This document shows, in pieces, positions 37,049 to 51,119 of a stretch of 64,000 nt of DNA (its first letter is position 1; every line of letters begins with the position of its first letter). The translations under genes and the position numbers were made by a program. Source of the stretch: Chiloscyllium plagiosum (lineage: Eukaryota). The notes below the pieces were generated by a model, which was given only the letters and a program-made list of their open reading frames with translations, did not search any database and was not told where the DNA came from. The stretch spans positions 69,007,619 to 69,071,618 of the forward strand of contig NC_057711.1 in the NCBI RefSeq assembly GCF_004010195.1. The letters run 5' to 3'.

Positions 37049-39714
37049 AACCAGTAACTAACCAAAGCCAACTATGCATCAGCCAAGCCTCAATGCTATC
37101 ACAGTCTTACTTCATATGATGTGGACTGCACCATTATCAGAGTAATTGCTAAGGGGATGAATACTACAGTCACTAGCAAAATCCTCACTCTTAACTTTCT
37201 ATAGAAGGGAATATCATTTAAATGATAAAGCAACTGAGTGCCTTAGGATTGAGGTGAGTAGTTTTCTGGAATCACAACTATTTTCATTGTGATAAAGTCT
37301 TCCTTAATCACCAGTGACGTAAATTTTAGTACTGTTCCTTATTGCCATACTAAGATAAACGGCAGCCATTTATACCTGCAGATTTCTGTTGTATTTTTGT
37401 GGGAATGAGGCCTTTGATTGAGTGGTCCTGGTGTGAGAGTTACTTGTGAATAGGTGCTGTTTGTTAGAACTGTTGATGGCATTTTCGTCAATTCACTAAT
37501 GATTGTCAATAATTGGCCAAATTAGATTTGGCTTGCATTTTGTGGGCAGACATTCCTAGGCATTTTCTGTATTGTCAGTTGCAACTTAGCAAAAGGTGCA
37601 ACTACTACACCTTTTGAAGCACAAGCCATCAACATTACAACTAATCTTGTTGCCTCTGCATCCTTTGCTGTATCCAGTGCACTCAACCATATCTAGGCGT
37701 TAGGTGGAATGGATCAAGTTGGCTGAAAACTAGCACTTCTGCTGGGCACCTCAGGAGGTGGCCACGACGGATCATCTGATCAGTTCTTTTGCCTGGAGAT
37801 AATTGCAAACTATCTTTTGTATCTTTGTGGGTACGGATGATCACGCAGCCTTTTCCTCACATGAGTTGCTTAGCCAGTGATTCATTGCTAAATTTTCAGG
37901 ATTCCACTGTTTTTCCTTTGGTTGAGGGGCTATTTAATTCTGTCAATGCCATACTGCTTTCACCATTTAGCTTGCATTTGTCCTTGCACGCTTTGCAAGA
38001 ATCTTTGTTGAGCCAACTTGGTTATTTGGCTGGTTGACCAACTATAACCTTTATTTTGTGGTCTATTCATTAAGGTATTAAAAACGAGTAGTTGCAACAT
38101 TCTAATAGTTTTGCACCCTCTAGTTAACACAATGGACAGAAAATGCAACTCTCCTTAATATTATTTGACAAATGCTTCAATCTTCCGTTCCTTTAATAAA
38201 TCTGTAAATGGTAGTTATGTTTATTGCTTACAAATGGCCTCAGAACTTGCTACAAGCACAACCTCTATTCAACTATCCGAAGCCTTAAAACTCTTATGTC
38301 CCAATGATTTGAAGTTATGAATTGAAAAGAATGAAAAGTTTATTCACTGTACTATTTACCTGTCCTGAGTTGAAAATTTAAACTTCTTATTGTGGAGATC
38401 CTTCAGTTTGTATGGAATTAATCTGCTGGTGACAGAACTGAGTGGAGACATAACATCAGAGATTTACAATTTAAAGTATTGTGTCCTCAATTATAGAAAT
38501 ATTTCATAAGTGAATCCTGCTGAGGTTTTCCAGCCAGAGGAAAGTAGTATAGATGCTATGTTAAAGAAATTGGCCCTTGTAGCACTGAATCATGCTTGTT
38601 GGAACTCCTGGGCTGTCAGTGAAGCAAGCAAGCTGAGGATGATGTTCCAGACAACATTAAAAATGCCACTTCAAAGTATCTTCTGGCTTGTCCAATGAGG
38701 AACATTCTGTCCTTCTGAACCCCTGCTAAGTGATTTTCATTTTAGGCTCCCTTTTCTCTCTTGTGTTCTCCATCCTCCTTAGCTATCTTATTTCTGCCTT
38801 ACTGCTAACTTGTCTCCTTCTCTTCTCCCTTGCATGTAATTAAATAAAACATTGTATGATTTTAAAAAATAATACAAGTCAGTGTCATTCGAAGGGTTTA
38901 AGAGGCCTGTAAATGTTAGACACCTGTGAAATTCCATGGGGTTTTCATTCACTGTTTCCTAATGCATTTGTGAAATTCACAATTGTGACCTTCCACCTCA
39001 AGTTAAAACACTGTCAGGTTATGCTATTTGTTTAAAATCTGGACATCCCATGTGATCATGAATTTATTTTATCACTGGGCTGAGCTCTGTGATTCAAATG
39101 GCTTAGAAGCTGAAATGTTGAAGTAATGAATTGCTAGACAATGAATATTGTTTAGAAATTTTTCCAGAAACCTTTCCAGAGTAAATTTAACTGAAATGCT
39201 TTGAGATTTATTCCTTTCAGTGTAACATTGCAACTTATGTTAGAATTGTAGTGTTGTGATCTTTATGGGAAAACAGGCAGCTGCAGTTAATGCCTTCCTT
39301 CTGAAATTTAATCCCCTGTACCTTTTGGAATTTGATTTGGTGAACCTCTTCATGTTGTCCATGTCTGTAAAATGCTTTTGTTTGAAAACATCAGCTGAAA
39401 ACTTAGCCAAAGTATATACTATTTGAATTGTGAACCCATACTTGTTAACAGAGGTTAAACAGAAATGGCATCTTTTATCACAGAACCACAGGCCTCTGGC
39501 CCCAGCCTGGAATCCAGGGAAAATTGAAAGATTGCGGTTTAGACCCCTATAATTTCCACTTTCGCTTCCTTCAATATTCTTTGAGATCTATGTGTCTTGT
39601 CAAATCCTAAATACCAATAGCTTACCTAATAAATCCACCTCAAATTTTGAGCTATTACACTTGACTGAATTTTGCTACTGACTAAAGTTTCTCATTTCCC
39701 CTGAGCAGGTTACA

Positions 39715-40480
39715 TCAGAGGGAAAGTAAATGTGAGGTCCATTTTGGTTAAAATAACACTAAAATGGACTATACTTTAAATGGTGAAAAATTGCAGCATG
39801 CTGCTGTGCAGAGGGACTTGGGTGTCCTTGTGCATGAATCACAAAATGTTGGTTTGCAGGTGCAGCAGGTAATTAAGAAGGCAAATGGAATATTGTCCTT
39901 CTTTGCTAGAGGGACAGAGTTTAAAAACAGGGAGGTTATGCTGCAGCTCTATAGGGTGCTGGTAAAGCCAAAACTGGAGTACTGTGTACAATTTTCATCT
40001 CCTTACTTGGGAAATGATGTACCGGTACTGGATGGGGGTCAGAGAATGTTCACTAGGCTGATTCCAGATTTGAGAGGGTTGGCTCATGAGAGCTTAAATA
40101 GGCTGGGACTATACTCATTGGAATTTAGAAGGATGACTGGGATCTTAACCAAGGGAGTAGGTAGAAGCAGGCAAGTTGTTTCCACTGGCGGCTGAAAGTA
40201 AAACTAGGGGGCATAGCCTCAAAATAAGGGGGAGCAGATTTAAGACTGAGTCGATGAGGAACTACTTCTCCCAAAGGGTTGTGAATCTGCAGAATTCCCT
40301 GCCCAGTGTAGTATTGAGGGCTGCCTCATTGAATGTTTTTAAGGCAAACATAGATTTTTGAACAGCAAAGGAATTAAAAGTTATGGTGAGTGGGCAGGTA
40401 AGTGGAGCTGAGTCCACAAAAAGGTTAGCCATGACCTAGTTGAATGGTGGGGCAGATGACCTACTTCCTATGTTCTAACT
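39715..40480 (+). mobile_element. CR1 LINE 3' fragment
   Basis: ORF 39764..40195 VQRDLGVLVHES...KKANGILSFFARG...KLEYCVQF; ORF 40176..40361 RNYFSQRVVNL.NSLP. Confidence 0.9.
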
Positions 40481-40989
40481 CCTATCAACCTAATAGATGA
40501 CTTTTATCTTCAAGGAAAGATTTGCTGAGGCGAATTATGATAGCTTGCTTCTGTTGGTTGGCACAACAATAATAAGATAGCACAAATTTCAAATAATCAG
40601 TCAATCATGCAGCACTGTAGGTGAAAATTTGGTCTATTGAGACCAGTCACTCTTTCAAAGAACGTGCCTGTCAGGACCTCCATAAACCTGCAAATCTTCT
40701 CATTTTATGGTAGATATTAAATTTTCTTTCTATTGAACTTGTTCCACCATTTTTTCTAGATGAACAACTTGCTGCAATGAAAATGACTTCTCTTCTCACC
40801 CCTTTTGGAAAATTAAATAGGATGCTCTGTAGAAAAAGTGGAATGTGTAAATTCTTTAGAAAAAAGAATTGTTCTAGAAAAGGAAAGTCCTTAAACCATG
40901 TGGAAGGCTTAACAACCTGTTCATGCATTGTAATATTTATTCAATGTTATTTCAGTAAATGAAGCTTTGGTACCATGAGAAAGGAAAAA

Positions 40990-41320
40990 GAAAGTACATT
41001 TTTGTTCCACCTTTCACATGTGCTTCAGAGATGAATTATTTTTAAATAGTAGTCGCTGTCGTTTTTGTAGGCAAACACAGCTAGGTTTCACACAATGAGT
41101 TTTCACAAGCAACTTTTTTTTAAATTGCTAATCGCTGTTTGATTTTGATAGATAAACCAGAACACTAATTGAATGGACAGAGGTCTTTTGATTTAATTTT
41201 AATCCAACAATTCAGTGCTGCCTGTAAATTAAGTTAAATTGAGCTGGTCCTGCAATGAGGGTTGAATTTACAACTTTCTGACTCAAGAAACAGCAGTACT
41301 ACCCCTGAGCCAAGCTGATG
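40990..41320 (-). mobile_element. Old Deu-domain SINE fragment
   Basis: Minus strand starts TCAGCTTGGCTCAGGGGTAGTAC...TTGAGTCAGAAAGTTGTAAATTCAA (tRNA-like head) and ends with ..GTTTGCCTAC...ACAGCGACTAC...GTGAAAGG tail. Confidence 0.55.
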
Positions 41321-42549
41321 CTCTGAAGAGGTCATTTGGCTCATTGTTCCTGTACTGGGTCTCTGAAAGAGCTAGCCATTTACTTCCATTCTCCACACCT
41401 TTTCCTTTTAAGAATAATGTTAGGCAGTTTGCTTTCACAGTAACTGGGGTTTGTTCCAGAATATAAGAAAGCAAGTAGAAATTGAAAAGCTACCATAAGG
41501 TTTAGGAATAGTCCTGCAGAAAATCTAGAAATTAGATCAACGTGGAAGCTGTGTGGCAATATGGAAAAATCAGTAACTGGTGAATCGTGAATAAGAAATA
41601 CAGAATAGTGAAAAGGAAAATGGTGTTTGGGATTATCAACAAAAATGGAAAATGACTCAGTCAAGTCTCGTTTTATTTTTGCTTGTTTTCTATTCCCAGT
41701 CTCTATTTGTACAGAATGTGGGCAACCTGTAACTGTTTCCTGACAAACCTGCAATTCAGTGTGTCTATTTCTAGTCACTTGGCTGCTGGATATTTGCAAA
41801 GCTGCAATTCGGTACTCCATGCTCTTCACCAAAATGAAGAATACTGTTGAGATGCAGAGCTAAGCTAGCATCATTAATTCAATGGATAAGTTGATTAAAG
41901 GGAGCACCTGTACTATTTAATGCAAGTATTAAGGGAGTTTAATTTGAGAGGGCAGTTATGACATAGGTCTGTCTCAATTCTGTCTGTAGTATAAGAATCC
42001 TTCTAAAAATTGCCCTCAAACAAAACATATCTTGCAATTGTGGTCCTTAAAGAAAAATGGCACTTCAGGATAAAAGTCCATCTTATATGCCACATTCCAC
42101 ACCAATAAGCTTAGAGTTTGTAATAGATGCATGTTATAAACACAACCAAATATCCCAAATGCTATTTTCACTGTTTTGCTATTTCCAATAATTTCACAGC
42201 CTTTGTATTTTTAAATTAATTTGACCAAACTATATTTGATTCCAGACTTAATGTTGCAGTACTGAGGGGTGTTGGCAAGACTGTGGGGAAAGTGAACTAA
42301 GAATTAATGCTCTGTTTTATATAAGCGTGCATTGCTTGGGTTGTGTATTATACTTGTGCCACGTGGAAATGTGGGTTCAAATATACCTAGTGAGTTAAAC
42401 CATCAGAGTGAAGTTGAGATATGTTTATTCTAATTCTGACCTTTTGAACATCCCAAATTTTAATTACTCAATTATTGGAGGCCATACTGTCATCTGTCTG
42501 GACCTTAAGCTGTGTAGTTCCCTGCCTAGATCTCTGTTACAACTCAATT

Positions 42550-45500
42550 AGAACAAAGAAAATTACAGCACAGGAACAGGCCTTTCAGCCCTCCAAGTCT
42601 GCACCAATCCAGATCCTTTCTCATCTATTTTCCAAGAATCTGTATCACTCTGTTTCCTGCCCATTCATGTGTCTGTCTAGATACATCTTAAATAACGCTA
42701 TCTACCACCTGTGCTGGCAATGCGTTTCAGGCATCCACCACCCTCTGTGTAAAGAACTTTCCACGCATATCTCCCTTAAACTTTTCTCCTCTCACCTTGA
42801 ACCCATGACCCCTAGTATTGAGAAACTCATTCTGGGGTCGGGGGGAAAAGCTGCTTTCTGTCCACCCTGTCTATACCTCTCATGGTTTTGTAGATTTCAG
42901 TCAGGTCCCCCCCTCAACTTCCGTCTTTCTAATGAAAATAATCCTAATCTACTCAACCTCTCTTCTTAGCTAGCACCCTCCATACCAGGCAACATTATGG
43001 TGACCCTTCTGTGCATCCTCTCCAAAGCATTCACATCCTTTTGGTAATGTGGCGACCAAAACTGTATGCAGTATTCCAAATGTGGCCGAACCAAAGTCCT
43101 ATACAACAGTAACATGACCTGCCAACTCTTGTGCTCAATATCCGTCCGATGAAGGAAAGCATGCCGTATGCCTTGACCACTCCAACCTGTGATGGTACAA
43201 TGGACCTGAACATCCAGATCTCTCTGTACATAAATTTTCCCCAGACTTTTCCATTTACCATATAGTTCATTCTTGAATTGGATCTTCCAAAATGCACTAT
43301 CTCACATTTGCCTGAGTTGGACTTCATCTGTCATTTCTCTGCCCAACTCTCCAATCTATCTATATTCTGCTGTATTTTCTGACAGTCCCCTTCAGTATCT
43401 GTTATTCTGCCAGTCTTAGTGTCATCTGCAAATTTGCTAATCAGACCACTTATACCTTTCTTCAGATCATTTATGTATATCACAAACAACAGTGGTCCCA
43501 ACAGGGATCCCTGTGGAACACCACTGGTCACAGTTCTCCATTTTGAAAAACTCCCATCCGCTACTACCCTCTGACCCCTGTTGCCCAGCCAGTTCTCTAT
43601 CCATCTAGGTAGTACACCCTGGATCCCATGCAACTTCACTTTCTCCATCAGCCTACAATGGGGAAAATGATCAAACACCTTACTGAAGTCCATGTATATA
43701 ACATCTACAGCCCTTCCCTCATCAATCAGCTTTGTTACTTCCTCAAAGAATTCTATTAAGTTGGTAAGACATGACCTTCCCTGCACAAAGCTATGCTGCC
43801 TATCACTGATAAGTTCATTTTTGCCAAATATAAATAGATCCTGTCCCTCAGGATCTTCTCTAGCAGCTTCCTCACCACTGATGTCAGGCTCACCAGTCTG
43901 TTATCACCTGGATTATCTTTTCTACCTTTCATAAACAAGGGGACAACCTTAGCAATTCTCCAGGACCTCACCCGTGTTCAAGGATGCTGCAAAGATAACC
44001 TGTTAAGGCTCCAGCTATTTCCTTTCTTGCTTCCCTCAGTAACCTGGGATAGATCCCATCCGGACCTAGAAACTTGTCCACCTTATTGCCTTTTAGAACA
44101 CCCAATGCTTCCTCCCTCCTTATGCTGACTTGATCTACAGTAATCAAACATCGATGCCTAACCTCAACATCCATCATGTCCCTTTCTTCAATGAATACCT
44201 ATGCAAAGTATTCATTATGAATCTCACTCATTTTCTCTGACTCCACGCATAACTTTCCTCCTTTGTCCTGCAGTGGGCCAACCCCCTCTCTAGTCATCCT
44301 CTTTCTCCCTACGTGTGAATAAAGGGCTTTGGGATTTTCCTTAGCTCTATTTGCTAAAAATATTTCATGAACCCTTTTAGCGCTCTTAATTCCTCATTTC
44401 AGATTGGTCATAATTTCCTGATATTCTTCCAAAGCTTCATCTGTTTTCAGTCGCCTAGACCTTATGTATGCTTCCTTTTTCCTTTTCGCTAGTCTCTCAA
44501 TTTCACCTGTCATCCATGGTTCCCTAATCTTGCCATTTCTATCCCTGATTTTCACAGGGACATGTCTGTCCTTCACTCTAATCAACCTCTCTTTAAAAGC
44601 CTCCCACATATCAAATGTGCATTTACCCTCAAACAGCTGCTCCCAATCCACATTCCCCTGCTCCTGTCGAATTTTGCTATAGTTGGCCTTCTCCCAATTT
44701 AGCAATCTTTCTTGAGGACCACACTTGTCTTTGTCCATGAGTATTCTAAAGCTTACAGAATTGTGATCACTATTCCCAAAGTAAATCCCCCACTGAAACT
44801 TCAACCATCTGGCTGGGCTTATTCTCCAACACCAGCTCCAATATGACCACTTCCTGAGGTGGACTATTTACATACTGCTCTGTAAAACCTTCCTGGATGC
44901 TCCTTACAAATTCTGCTTCATCAAGACCTCTAACATTAAGTGAATGCCAGTCAATGTTAGGAAAATTAAAATCTTCCATCACCACCACCCTGTTGCTCCT
45001 ACATCTTTCCATAATCTGCTTACATATTTGTACCTCTATCTCATGCTCATTGTTGGGAAGCCTGTAGTACAGTCCCAACATTGTTACCTCACCGTTGCTA
45101 TTTCTGAGCTCTGCCCATTTGCCTCACTGCTCATGTCCTCCATCGTGCCCTCCTTCAGCACAGCTGTGATATCCTCTCTGACCAGTAATGCAACTCCTCC
45201 ACCCCTTTTACCTCCCTCTGCATCCCGCCTGAAGCATCTTTATCTTTGGATATTTAGTTGCTAATCTTGTCCTTCCCTCAACCCTCAGTAATAGCCATAA
45301 CATCATATTCCCAGGTACTATTCCAAGCCCTAAATTCCTCTACCTTACCTACTACACTTCTCGTATTAAAACAAATGCACTTCAGACCACCTGCCTCTTT
45401 GCTTTCATCATCTGCTCCCTGCCTACTCTTCCCCTTAGTCACGCTGACTTCATTATCTTGTTCCTTATAGGCTTTAGTTACTATCCCCTTCCTGTCCACT

Positions 45501-46530
45501 AACCACCTCATTTGGTTCTCATGCCCTACCATGTTAGTTTAAACCATCCCCAACAACACTCGCAAAAGCACCCCCTCGGACATCGGTTCCAGTCCGGCCC
45601 AAGTGTTGACCGTCTAATTTGTAATAGTCCCACCTCTGCCAGAACCGGTCTCAATGTCCTAAAAATCTGAATCCCTCCCTCCTGCAGCATCTCTCAAGCC
45701 ACGCATTCATCCTGCCTACTCTGACTCGCACGCGGTATTGATAGCAATCCTGAGATTGCTACCTCTGAGGTCCTACTTTTTAACTTGGCTCCTAACTCCT
45801 TAAATTCTGCTTGTAGGACCTCATTCTTTTTTATTAACCAACATCAGTGCCTGTATGTACCACAACAGCTAGCTGTTCACCCTCCCCCTTCAGAATGTTC
45901 TGCAGCCGGTCTGAAACATCCCTGATCCCTGCACCTGGGAGGCAACATACCATTCGGGAGTCTCGTTTTTTGATCACAGAACCGCCTATCTACTCCATTT
46001 ACAATTGAATTGCTTATTACTATAGCCCTTTCTCTCTCTTTTTCTTGCCCTTCTGTACAGCAAAGCCAGCCATGGTGCCATAAATCTGACTACTGGTGCC
46101 TTCCCCTGATGAGCCATCTCCCCCAACAGTATCCAAAATGGTATACCTGTTTTGTAGAGAGATGACCGCAGGTGACACTTGCATTGTCTTCCTGCTCTTT
46201 CTTTGCCTTTTGGTCACCCATTCCCTTTCTCCCTCAGTAATCCTAATCTGCGTGGTGACCAATTCACCAAACGTGCTATCCATGACTGTCTCAACGTTGC
46301 AGCTGCTCCAAAGTAAGTCCATCCCCAGCTCTAGATCCGTCTTGCGGTCTAACAAGAGCTGCAGCTGGACACCCTTCTTGCATGTGAAGGAGTCGGGGAC
46401 ATCAGCCGCATCTCTGAGCTCCCACATTGACTAAGAGAATCATAACAGGGTCTGGGATCTCCTGTCATTTTTACTCTTTAGCTTAACTGTATCCAATTAT
46501 AATATCAAATAATAGATAAATGAAATGAAA
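42550..46530 (-). mobile_element. Near full-length CR1 LINE (~4 kb): ORF1 with SGNH-esterase region, ORF2 APE endonuclease and RT, 3'UTR; inactivated
   Basis: ORF1 46020..46427 (MWELRD...ISLQNRYTILDT) followed by VISNSIV..VDRRFC..CLPGA; EN LKCICFNTRSVV..DVMAITE and VVMEDFNFPNIDW; RT SCLTNLIEFFEEV..MDFSK..GVPQGSLLGPLLF..KFADDTK. Many stops and frameshifts. Confidence 0.95.
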
Positions 46531-49500
46531 TTTTAAAAATTAAGAATGGACTGATAATCAAAGCCCACTATACTGCGGTCCATTTCAAATGTGTAAATAA
46601 CCAATTAAACCACCCAAATGATCAACTTGTCTAGCTATTATTTAGAACAAATGTAATTGAAACTAAATTTCATCCTTAACAAGAAAATAACTTGATTGTG
46701 AACAAATGTATTATTTAACAAACGGAAAATAAAAGGTTATAATATACTACTGTGCAACTTAAATCACACTCCTTAAATCACACACATACATTTATCCATC
46801 GTCGAAAAGTATAGACAGGGAAATACAGTTTTAGACCAGACCGCAAGGTGGAAAATTATTTGAGTTTATTTTGATGTTAGCAATGGTGACAGTGTTGTCT
46901 ACAGAGTGCTGGTTCATCTTTGATTCATTAGTCATTTGGGTGAACCTAGGTTTTTAATATTAGAATTCTTTCTTTTGAGCTCTAAGTTTATTTGCCTTGT
47001 TTATGCAGAGAGAAGTAAGAGAGAGAATGTGTTCTGTTTCAGCATTCTGGATGTCTGTTAGCATTGTAGTCGCTGGGCTGTAACAAAAGGCAGCTAGGCC
47101 AATCTAAAGGCTGTGATTAGGCTGTAATCAGTTAACTCAAATACTCCTGGTGCCACTGTGTCTATTATGTATCCATCTCACTGCTGTAATATAGTCCTGT
47201 ATAGTTGAAGTGTGTTATCACAAACCACTTGATCTTTAAGTTGTAAGGAAAAAAAGTGCTCTTATTGCTTTTAGTTATATTGCAGTGTGGAAATTTTATT
47301 TTCCAATTCATAGTGCAAAAGGAAAAAAATGTGGTCACACACAACTCCTCTGTATGTTTCTACTCCTTAAATATATCTCTTTGATTAAGCTTTTAGATAA
47401 TTGCCCTAATATCACATTATGTAGTTTAATGTCATCTTTTGTTTTGATAATGCTTCTATGAATTACCTTGGGATATTTGACTCTTGTAAATTGTTGTTAG
47501 TGGTGTTACCTAACTGAGAGCTGATATTTCTGGACAAGAACATAAACTAGGAGAGAGTTTTATGTGCAAATCTTGATGGCAGTTAGTGTGGCATTTGCAT
47601 TTATTTTTTTCCCTGGTCTTTTGGCTGGGGAATGACTTGTTACATGGATACCCTGACATCTTGCATGACAGCAATCCATCTTGGGAGCCTGGAAGGAAAT
47701 TTGCCAGTGCTGATGTCCCTGTGCATTTGCTACTTTTGCCCTTCTAACTGATAGAAGTCAAGAATTTGGATGTTGATGTGAAAAGAACCTTAGCAAGTCA
47801 AATTGCTGGAGTGCATCTTCTAGACTAGGCACAGCAGTTCAAGAAGGCAGCTCACCACCGTCTTCTCAAGGGCAACTAGGGATGGACAATAAATGCCGAT
47901 TTGCAACATTGGAGGGAGTGATCATTTTAGGCCAAGATGCATTGCTAATCAAGCAGGTTGCTTTGTCCTTCCAGAATAATTTTGAAGCTGCACTCTGCAC
48001 TCAACGGTACAAGTTAAGAGGATTCAATTTTACTCCTAACTGTTGAGAGTCATTTTCTAGCACCAATCCTGTTCAAATCTCAGACATTGCTGGAAAAACT
48101 CAGCATTTCCAAATTCTGAAGGAGGATCACTGGATTCAAAACGCTATCTCTGCTTTCTCTGCACAAATGCTGCCAGACCTGCTGAGTTTTTCCAGCAACT
48201 TCTGATTTTGTTTCTGATTTCCAGCATCCATGGTTTATTGTTTTTGTTGTTTACTGCTTAAACATGACTTAAAGAAGCTAATGGAGTCATAAAAATTAAT
48301 AATCATATTTCCCAGTTTGAAAACTAAAATATATGCAAGGTTTCATATGGAGAGTTTTAAAATGTTAATAACTAAAAAAATTCAAAACGTGTGATATTTA
48401 CAGAGTTGTAGCGTGAAAGAGTATTTAGTGGCTAAGAATAAATCATTGCCAGGGGACCCTTGAGCAATTTTGAATGTGTTTTTTCACTTGTTCACATTTA
48501 ACTGAATATGTGGGTCATTTTTAGGGCAGATGTACAGCTGGCATACAGCCTTGAGAACATTTTGTTTACCAAGTGCTATCCATCAAGTGCTTTACACGCT
48601 TGTGGTTTGGCACAATATTGAGAATGTATGATCTTCCCTGGAGATGATTAGTGTGTTTTGGTAATGCAGTAGTGGATTAAAACTCTAACCATCTTTAGTA
48701 AATAAAGCTTCCAACACTTCCTAATTTTTTTTCCAAACCAGAATTAGAAATCTGCTACTTTCCTGTGTTGTATGTGACGATTGACAGCAGTTAAGAATTC
48801 TAGCAACGTGGATACAAGAATCTGGTTAATTGTTTGCAGGAGTAATTTTGTCATTGGATCAGTGTACTGCACTTGGAATGCATCTGATCTCATCGTGCCA
48901 ATGAATTTTGAAAGTGCTTTACCGTTTTTACTTCTTTATATCTAAAAGATGAAAATTAACAATATTAGCCTGCTGCATCTGTTTATGTTTTAAGCGAACA
49001 GAAAGCACATTCTCTTCAGCATACAAAAAGTGTTTGATGCAACCACATCTTAAACTCTACTGTTTGTTGAATTTTGTGATTTCTGGCTTTGATATTAGTG
49101 GTCAAAAATCCATTTGGAAAGGCGTTCTATAATATTTTTTCTTACAGTGTAGTAATGTGGAATTTTGTTCTATTATAATTGTGTGTGTGTGTAATGTGTG
49201 CGTGGCAGACGGGTGGGTAATCTTATGACTCAAACAAAAAACAGCCATACTTCAGTGGTCTCAAAATAAATCTACCACACTCTTCTTCACTTTCCCCTCT
49301 AACACCTACCCTCTCAACAGCATTGGGTTGTCTATTAGTGGCAACTAACTGGCTTGACTGGAAATGACCCCAGGATATTTCCAACAGTAGATGGGTCCCA
49401 TGCTGCAGCTAGACAAAGCTCAGATTTCCAGAGTGGGAGTCCCAGTGAGGTGGTCTTAATTCTAACCCACCCGCCCCCATGCATTACCCAGCAAAGATGG

Positions 49501-50196
49501 CGTGTTAGTATGCTAATATTTTCATATATCTGAGTGGGCCTGTACCTTGAGATGCCTCTGCATTCTCCTGCCTGCTTAGCAGGGTCTAACTCTGCCTCTA
49601 ATGCAAAATTAAAGAACTGCAGAAGTAAATCTGAAACAAGAAGAGAAATTGTTAGAGAAACTCAGCAGCTCTGACAGCATGTGTGGAGAGACAAACAGAG
49701 TTCACATTTAGAGTCCAGTGACCCTTCTTCAGTTCTGAGTATCTGCTGGGTTTCTCCAGCAATTTCTTTTGTGGCCCTCGACTGCTGCTTGATAAATGTT
49801 TGCACTCTCCTGTTGGCCTAATCCAATGTCTGCTCTTCCCACCATCCTTAACTGGGCACGTCTAGCAAGGTGGTGCTGTTGAGATGTGATGGTTTTAGGT
49901 AGATGTAGGTTGGTGTACTGACATCAAATGGACTGCAGCAGTTAAGAAGGCAGCTCACCATCATCCTCTCAAGGGCAACTAGGGATGGACAATAAATGCT
50001 AACCCACCCAGTGACACACATGTCCCATATACACATTTTTAAAAGAGTATGCCTATTGTCTTTTCTTGAGTCAGCTGTGAGAGGTGTGGAAGAACTGCAG
50101 ACGTCTGGCCTTTCTCTAAACTTTTAATGTTTCTCCTTTTTTTTTTCCCTAGCTCCTTTTAGATTGCAAAACAAAAACTGGTCACGCAACGTTAGA

Positions 50197-50542
50197 TTTT
50201 TTTTTTGATTCACTCATGAGGTGTGGATGTCACTGGCTAGGCCAGCATTTATTGCCCATTCCTAATTGCCCAGAGGGCAGTTAAGTGTCAACCAAATTGC
50301 TGTGGATCTGAAGTCACATGCAGGCTAGATCAGCTCCTGTTAAGGATATTAGTGAGCAAGGTGGGTTTTTCCAACAATTGACAATGGCTTCGTGGTCATC
50401 ATTAGACCCTTCGCTCCAGATGCTTTGTTGAATTCAGATTTCACAATCTGCCAAGGTGAAATTTGAACCAGGGTCCCCAGTACATTAGCTGAGTTTTTGG
50501 GTTAATAATTTAGCAATAATACCACCAGACCATTGCTTCCCC
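50197..50542 (-). mobile_element. tRNA-headed SINE sharing its 3' tail with the second LINE family
   Basis: Minus strand GGGGAAGCAATGGTCTGGTGG...GGTTCAAATTTCACC (B box)...GGGCAATTAGGAATGGGCAATAAATGCTGGCCTAGCCAG...GAATC(A)n. Confidence 0.7.
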
Positions 50543-51019
50543 AATTGCAACTAGTATGCCAAACATTGAAAATCCTCATCATTGTACCACCTACTCATAT
50601 AACCCATACTGTGGTGGAAATATTCCCAGCTTTTGAGCAGTATTGTCAGTGGTGAGAAATGTGAGGGGAAAAAATGGCAAGGGTAATAAGACTTGATTCT
50701 CAATGTTGAGGTGGAAGAAAACGCTCCAATATTTCCCCTTAAGGTTTCAACAGAAGGATGGGAATCTCAATAGGAAGTGTTGAGCACTTTATTTCCATTC
50801 ATTTGCATTTCATTACTAGCTAATCCTTGCACATTGATATGCAGTTCAGGTACTGATGAGTAATTTGATGGCATTCATTACCAAATTGAAAATCAGAGCA
50901 GTTACCAAATAGTTGTAACTTGCCAGTTGTTCAAGGTCCGTTCATCCATCATCTCAGTATAAATACCTGTCCTTACAAACCAGCCCTCCCATTATATGTA
51001 AGTGCAGGCCCTTACACCA

Positions 51020-51094
51020 GTCTCTGTAGCGCAATTGGTTAGCGCGTTTGGCTGTTAATCGAGAGGTTGGTGATTCAAGACTACTCCAGGGACG
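51020..51094 (+). pseudogene. tRNA-Asn(GTT) pseudogene
   Basis: GTCTCTGTAGCGCAATTGGTTAGCGCGTTTGGCT-GTT-AATCGAGAGGTTGGTGATTCAAGACTACTCCAGGGACG aligns end to end with vertebrate tRNA-Asn. T-arm/B box is mutated (GATTCAAG instead of GGTTCGAG); no CCA and no poly-T terminator. Confidence 0.85.
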
Positions 51095-51119
51095 GATCTA
51101 TCACTGTTCTCACTTCATC

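Noticed and set aside
38510..38698. ORF MNPAEVFQPEESSIDAMLKKLALVAL as a candidate next SRFBP1 exon
   Set aside because: No similarity to the expected downstream SRFBP1 sequence and no convincing splice sites.
42475..42969. 164-aa plus-strand ORF (and similar ORFs at 316..675, 8447..8662, 44944..45264, 46096..46434)
   Set aside because: Antisense shadows of CR1 sequence with no independent coding signal.
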